Of a DNA stretch of 64,000 nucleotides, positions 56,387 to 64,000 are shown piece after piece. Origin of the DNA: the human T2T-CHM13v2.0 reference genome, Homo sapiens; NCBI RefSeq assembly GCF_009914755.1, contig NC_060925.1; one strand, given 5' to 3'. A program made the position numbers and the translations under genes. Numbering within the stretch: the stretch's first letter is position 1; each line of letters begins with the position of its first letter. The notes under the pieces were generated by a model, which was given only the letters and a program-made list of their open reading frames with translations, was not told the DNA's origin and searched no databases.

Positions 56387-57481
56387 GTGAGTAGTGGTCA
56401 GACTCTCCCTGAAAAGCATTGTAAACCCAATACATACCAAGGAAGAAAACTTGGACTTGAATTCCAAAGGTTGTTGCAACTTTATCTTACCCAGTGACAT
56501 ATTCAGGAATATGGCACCAAGGCATTCTTGCAGGTAGGGAACAAAAAGTTTACCACCTCATTATTCCTGGCTTGTTCATAGAGATACATCTTAACTGGAT
56601 ATGTGATCAGGATTCTTATTTATTCAAGTTAACTTATTTTAAACTTGTTATGAGCATGTTCACACTATTTTAAAACTATAAAAGAAACAAGTTAATGATA
56701 CAATTGCTTATGGTGTTTTCTTTGGTTGTACTGTTGTCATTTTAAGGTATCCGTGCATGGAGATTATTATCTTAAAAATTATTGAAGCATAAAATATTGG
56801 ATTTTGAAAAAATTTTTAAAGAATTAAATTTTAAAATGTATTTCTGAATTAATAGTAGTTTATGAGTTCACCAATAATGAAATGAGGAATGAATGAAATT
56901 TGAAGTCACAGGTACTGGGAAACTTTAATAAAGTGGTTGTGTTTAGGCTGGACCCATTTTATGTAATCATATAATATCAAAAGTTTCTAAATCCATTTTT
57001 CCCCTAATATTTGCCAACATTGTTTAAGGGTTAGGGTTACGGTCTGTAATATGAGCTGCACCCTAAGTAGGACAAACAAGGCCAATTCTGCACTCACAAT
57101 TTATTAATTAATAATTATAACAACTTTATATTAGCTTACTTTGAGACCAGAATCCTATCTCGTCTTCACTGTTTTATAGTCAGATTATTTGTCACCATCA
57201 TCTTGTAAAGATTTGCCATGATTTACATTGAAAACCCTTTAGATGGGTTAACAAAAATCCTATGCCTGTCTTAGAAAAACAATTAAAATGATATAAAAAT
57301 CCTACTTGTTTAGAATCTTCAAAATGATCTCTTGCGAATAGACTGATTTAATGGTTAATTTATGATTAATACTTTAAAAGACAAACTTAACTAACATGTT
57401 AACTTTTGAGGAGGTTGACAGTTATTGTAAAACATACCTTACTCCCATTCTGTCTTAAAAATATTTCTTAAATGTTTGATT

Positions 57482-57798
<317 letters not shown>

Positions 57799-58642
57799 TT
57801 ATATCTTAATTGATTTTGAAATGATTTAATTCATCAGAGCCAAACATTCTGGACATAGTTCTTTTCTCATGATTTGAGAAAGTCATCATTGTTTTTTGTC
57901 ACTAGAATTTATGCCTTGCCTTCTTCTCATCATGCTATGTTGTGAATATTGGTGTAGATGCAGCAACATTGTGGTTGGTATGAATGTAAGGCTGGTATGC
58001 ATTCACTCATTTCAACAGTCCCATTCAGAGCTGTCCTTTCTATATGTTTTGGTGGGCTTTGGTAGCTTTATGCCAGAATACAATCAAAAGAAACCTGTTT
58101 TTACCATGATGTGATGCATATAGCTCTTTGACCTCCTATGCTCTAGCACTGGACCTGATGTTTGGAGTGGAGTCAGTAAATTTTAGCTAATTTTTCCACA
58201 GTCTGTTGGATTATGCTGTTAATGCTGATCTTCCCTCTCTGTGCTTTTTCTTTATTTCTTCTTTCTTTTGTCTGTAACAGTCTTCTAAGAGCTTTTCTGC
58301 AGTAACAATAAAATAGTCAATCAGAAATTCTCTGTCACCATTAACAAATGGCCAGTGCCCTAAAATTAACCCTAAATATCTCTCTCTTTCTCTCTCGTTC
58401 TCTCTTTGCTTCATTCACTTGATTTTATATGTTCTTAGGTGTCTGAGCCTCCTTATCATCCAGGGGCTACTTTTTATTTATTTTCTTTTTAAACTCCTTT
58501 ACAGTTTTGGAACTTTTCAGAAGTCTGGATCCTGGATAGTGAGACATAAAGCATACATTTTTCCTTAGTTGGACCAGTATGTCCTATTCCGATTAAAAGG
58601 TTAATTTTACCATATGTCTTTGAACATTTCAAAGCACTTTAA

Positions 58643-58948
<306 letters not shown>

Positions 58949-59305
58949 CAAATATGTTATAATTTTTAACATATTGCATTGATGACTATTGTGGCTGACA
59001 TCGTGTCACATCAAAATTGTTACTGAAGGTTAGAAGAGAAATTCTGCTTTTTAAGGAAGCAGCAAAATTTAACCAATAGTTTTTTTCTATTTACTTGAGG
59101 CAGATATTTTTCCAAATAGTAATATCTTTATAAAGTGGTGTCTAAACTGTTTAACTTAGACATAAAGAGTCATGGAGTTATTGCTAGGGTTCTACAGTTT
59201 CTTAATTATTATCTTCAATTTGAATATGTAGCACATAACTCTCTTTTTCAAATGCATGTAGAAGCTTCAGTTATTTTAAAAACACATGGGAAAAAACTAT
59301 ACAAC

Positions 59306-59724
59306 TGTGTTAGTTTCCTAGGGCCACTGTACCAAAGTGCCACAGACCAGGTGGCTTAAAACAGCAAAAATCAATTCTCTCACACTTTTGGAGGCTAGAA
59401 GTTCTAAATCAAGCTATTTTCTGGGCTATGCTCCCTCCAAAGCTTCTAGGAGACGATTCTCCTTTGCCTCTTCCAAATTCTGGTAGTCCCAGGCATTCTT
59501 TGGTTTGTGGCAGTGTATCTCTACTCTGTCTTCACATGGCCATCTTACCTCTGTCTGTGTCTCTTTTCTTATAAGGGCACCAGACATATCAGATTAGGGC
59601 CCATCCTAATTCATTATGACCTGATCTTACCTTTATTACATACATGAAGACCTTATTTCAATCACACTCACAGGGGATAGGACTTAAACATATCTTTTTT
59701 GATAGTACAGAACAACTGTAAATA
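59306..59724 (-). mobile_element. MLT1A-C-like MaLR LTR
   Basis: tgtgttagtttcctaggg...ggtggcttaaaacag...ggaggctagaagtt...gattagggcccatcctaa. Confidence 0.85.
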
Positions 59725-60240
59725 GTGCGTGCCATATCTTCAAAAGAAAGGCTTAGCTTCTTCACTTTAAGCACCAGTTAACCTCTCTGTTCCTATTGTC
59801 TTTGACTAAACTTTTTTTTTGTAAGAGGGAGAAGAATGAGACAGATAATGTAGGATATTCAGAGACCTTAAGAATCATGCATTTATTTGCTTATTCATTT
59901 AGCAGATATTTGAGCATTTAACATGATAAACCATGATAGCCAACATCTGAATATATACTAAATAAAAGCATCATTATAGAACTTATTTGACTTTCTTTCA
60001 TTTAAAATTTACTAGTTTAGTGAGGTAGATGTTATTTTTACCTTCAATTTATACAAGAGGACAGAGGTATAAGTAGTTGAAATTGCTTTTGGAAGTTAAA
60101 TGATGAGTAAATAACAAAGCTAGGATTTGCATCAGTTTGGTCTGACTCCAAGTTCAGTGCTCCCAACCAGCTGTAATCATTGAAATGTACTGAAGTCATC
60201 CCAATAGATTTTTACTTTGCAGTATTAATAAAATGAAAGT

Positions 60241-60408
60241 CAGTTGTGTATAAAGTATAGATAGATGTCCATATAAGCATGGACATAAAGTGTAGATAGT
60301 TATGTGTACAGTATAGATAGATGTCCATGTAAGTATGGACATCCATCTATGGACATCTATCCATGGACATACTTACATGAACATCTATCTATACTTTATA
60401 TACAACTG
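60241..60408. repeat. Imperfect inverted repeat with an internal direct copy
   Basis: 41-nt arms at 60241-60281 and 60368-60408 (4 mismatches); an inner copy at 60310-60337 matches the right arm at 27/28. Confidence 0.9.
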
Positions 60409-61108
60409 TCCAAAATATAGACCACAGTTTAATGGGTTAATAGAGAAGATTTCTGGATATTTCAAGAAGAATAGGCTCTGGGTATACATTGAAGTGACAC
60501 AACTATATTGTTTATAGTAACTAGTAGGTATTTCTTACTACCTGAATTCAGTTGGTAAAACTGTGGAAGATAAATACACCGGATGGAGTTAAAATGTAGT
60601 AATTCTTACTTAGTTTTATTAGAAAATAATTGGACCATATTTTGGTTCATTAGTCCTGTGTCCCCTTTCTTATTTGATATCCCTTGAGTGTTATTGAAGT
60701 TCTGGGAAATATAAGAAAAGGAGCTAATTATTGGGTGCCAAGACTCTAAGGCATGTAGAGGTTGTAGAGGTTGCAGCGCAAAAGGAAAAAAAAAAAAAGA
60801 GATGCCCTGAGATTTCTGAGGTTGGAGATCAAGTTTAATAGTGGAAAAGGTTGACTGCCATTATAGTTGTTTGAGAAGGGTGAATTTGTGTATAAGAAAG
60901 CAGGAGATATATTTTTACTAAGTTAGAAAGTATTTCTCTGGGCTAAAGTTGATTTGAGATAGAAAGGAAGATGAGGAGGAATGTAAGACAAAAGGAATTA
61001 TCTTGGAAAAACTAGAGAAAAATACATTACATCTAGATCCAATTTCTAAAGGTAATTATAGCATAGAATCACATACTTGGATTTTTTTAGGGTCAGTTAG
61101 AAGACTGG

Positions 61109-61856
<748 letters not shown>

Positions 61857-63222
61857 ACTGGCGTGACTCCTCTGGTTAGGAGTTTTTATTACTTAATCTG
61901 ATATAAAAAGGAAGTGAATTGGACAGTTTTGACTCATTAACTCGATTCATTCAGTCATTTCAAGTAAATACCTGGTTAGCAGTGTAGCATTTACACATTT
62001 AGATAAATTGTTTCGGTAATTGCAGACTTGGCATCTGGGAATAGTTGAGCACAACTAATATTAATCTGCTCAAAAGAAAATGGTTATGTACAATTATTAT
62101 ATGTTGATTATGAATAAAAAATAAAATGATTACAAATTCCAAATAAATGAATTGAAAGTAGTGAAGCCATTTTTTTTTTTCTTTTGGTTATCATAGCCAG
62201 AAGAGTTATCTTCTGGTTTTAGAACATATGAGCAGAAAGGTTTCAGTTTTGCGTTCTTAAATTCAATTTACAACCTTGGAAAAGAAGCTCTTTACTTTTT
62301 CCCCTATTTTAGTTGGCATACCTGTAAAGTAAGAATTTAGATGAGACCTTTAAGACCTCTTCCAGCATAAACATTCTGTGATTTTGAAGTTGTTTTACCC
62401 TTAGAACATTTATCACATTCTCCTTCGAGTATAGTTATTTGTGCTTTTTACTTTTCTCCTTTAATAACTACTTCTCTAAGAGTCAAAAGGGTAAATTATC
62501 TTCATATTAATCTTGCTCAATTCCTTACTCAGAGAAAGCATCTAGATATTTGTTTAGAATAAAGTCTATTAATGTAGTTCACTATATATAGTCAAATGTT
62601 GTTCTTCAAAACCTTATTAAATACACAAAAATTTAGTATAGCAATTCTTTGTCTTGGCCATCAGTATCAATATGGGACTTTGCTTTTCATTAAAACTAAA
62701 CTTGTCTTTGTAGACTTCTCATTTAAACTCATTCTGCTTAATTCTACTCAGTTGAATAGATTAATTTTGGGCCTTGCCATGTGCTATTAATAGTATCACT
62801 CAGGGCAAATTACTTAGACTCTCTCATCCTCAATTCCCTAAATAGTAAGACTGGAAATAATAATGGAGTATTTGCCAAGTTACCATCATATTTAAATGAA
62901 ATAACTTGGAACAATATCAAGTGCTTGATACAGAGTAGAAACTCATTAAAATGTTGGTTTTTTACCTCTTCACGGTTGTGACTTTTGCATCTTCCTGGTA
63001 GCAGGGCACCTAGTATTAAATATTTAGTAAATGTTTATTAAATTGAAGGTGCAAATAACTTAAATAACTTAATATGATAAATTATTGCTATATAAGTAAT
63101 ATTCAGTATTGTTATTAAGGATAGGCTTTAAGACATAAAGTAACTTTCTCTGTTGGCTCTATTTAATTTTTTGTGTAATAAAAACATTTTCATCTTTAGT
63201 ATTTTTTTTGTTGTTGTTTCAG

Positions 63223-63295
63223 TGATGCAGCTTGGTTTAACGAATCTTGGTTAAGCCGAATTAAAGAGGATGTTGGGGACAACTGGAGAATAAAG
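63223..63295 (+). CDS. HOOK1: HOOK1 coding exon 3 ((I)DAAWFNESWLSRIKEDVGDNWRIK); gene continues beyond the window
   Basis: Polypyrimidine tract + tttcag| at 63222, 73 nt, donor AAG|gtatg at 63296. Exons 1-3 sum to 222 nt = 74 codons in frame. Confidence 0.97.
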
Positions 63296-63349
63296 GTATG
63301 CAGAACAAATGGGAGAAGCACTTGATCCAAACAGTGGTCCTAAAGTTAG

Positions 63350-64000
63350 CACTAAGTTAACCAAATCTGTTTTTCAAATTAACTTATAGTACTTTTTGTT
63401 GTGTATAGTTTGAGTTTTAACACATGTATTCTCTCATGTAACTACCATCATAATTAAATAGAAAATATTCCTATTAACCAAAAATATGCACTTCAGGCCC
63501 ATTCTCTATTAATCCCTACCCCCAGCCTTGCCCTAGGTAGCTATAGATCTGTTTTATGTTACTATGGAGTTCATTTCTGGAACTCTGTATAAATTGAATC
63601 ATATAATATGTACTCTTTTTGTCTAACTTCATTCACTCAGTGTAATTTTTCAGTCTCATTCATGTTGCCTGCATTAGTAGTTATTTCTTTTTTTGCTAAG
63701 CAGTATTTCATTAGACTGATATTTTGTGGTTTGTTTAGCTATTCACTTGTTGATGGATGTTTGAATTTTTAACATTTTTGACTATTGTGAATACAACAGC
63801 TACAAACATTCATATATGAATCTTTGGATAGATGCATATTTAATTTCTCTTGGGTGAATTTCTGGGTGGAATTGCTAAGTTGTATAAGTATGTGCTTAAC
63901 CTTATAAGAAACTGCCAAACTGATTTTCTATTTTTAAGTCAGTTTTGTTGTGTCTTGTAGGACATTTGTTTCATACAGGATGTATGATTTGTTGATACAC
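63350..64000 (-). mobile_element. Old L1 (L1MD/ME-like) 3' fragment in intron 3
   Basis: tgtaactaccatca...gaatcatataatatgtactcttt...ggaattgctaagtt...gaaactgccaaactg. Confidence 0.75.

Overview
Primate (very likely human) genomic DNA, roughly half of it old interspersed repeats. The only supportable protein-coding gene is the 5' end of HOOK1 on the + strand. It has a TATA-less CpG-island promoter (~48.85-50.05 kb) and coding exons 1-3 (49560-49622, 56301-56386, 63223-63295), which splice in frame to MEETQPPPQPKLPLCDSLMIW-LQTFNTASPCQDVKQLTSGVAMAQVLHQI-DAAWFNESWLSRIKEDVGDNWRIK. The first ~48 kb is intergenic (from recalled human gene order, the FGGY-HOOK1 interval). It contains MIR, L2, L1, Alu, MaLR/ERVL LTRs and hAT DNA-transposon fossils, including a complete THE1 provirus nested in an LTR33 and a 13.6-kb nested L1/LTR/Alu stack. 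Nearly all ORFs in the track are repeat-derived or chance. I found no convincing new multi-gene system. The best leads are: an in-frame alternative 5' splice site and an in-frame near-cognate GUG start around HOOK1 exon 1; a dense CAGGTG E2-box cluster in the promoter; an unexplained fold-back inverted repeat in intron 2; and a diverged ~210-bp direct duplication whose core is offset by exactly 1500 bp. Repeat subfamily names come from recalled consensus sequences, not a database search, and most repeat boundaries are approximate.
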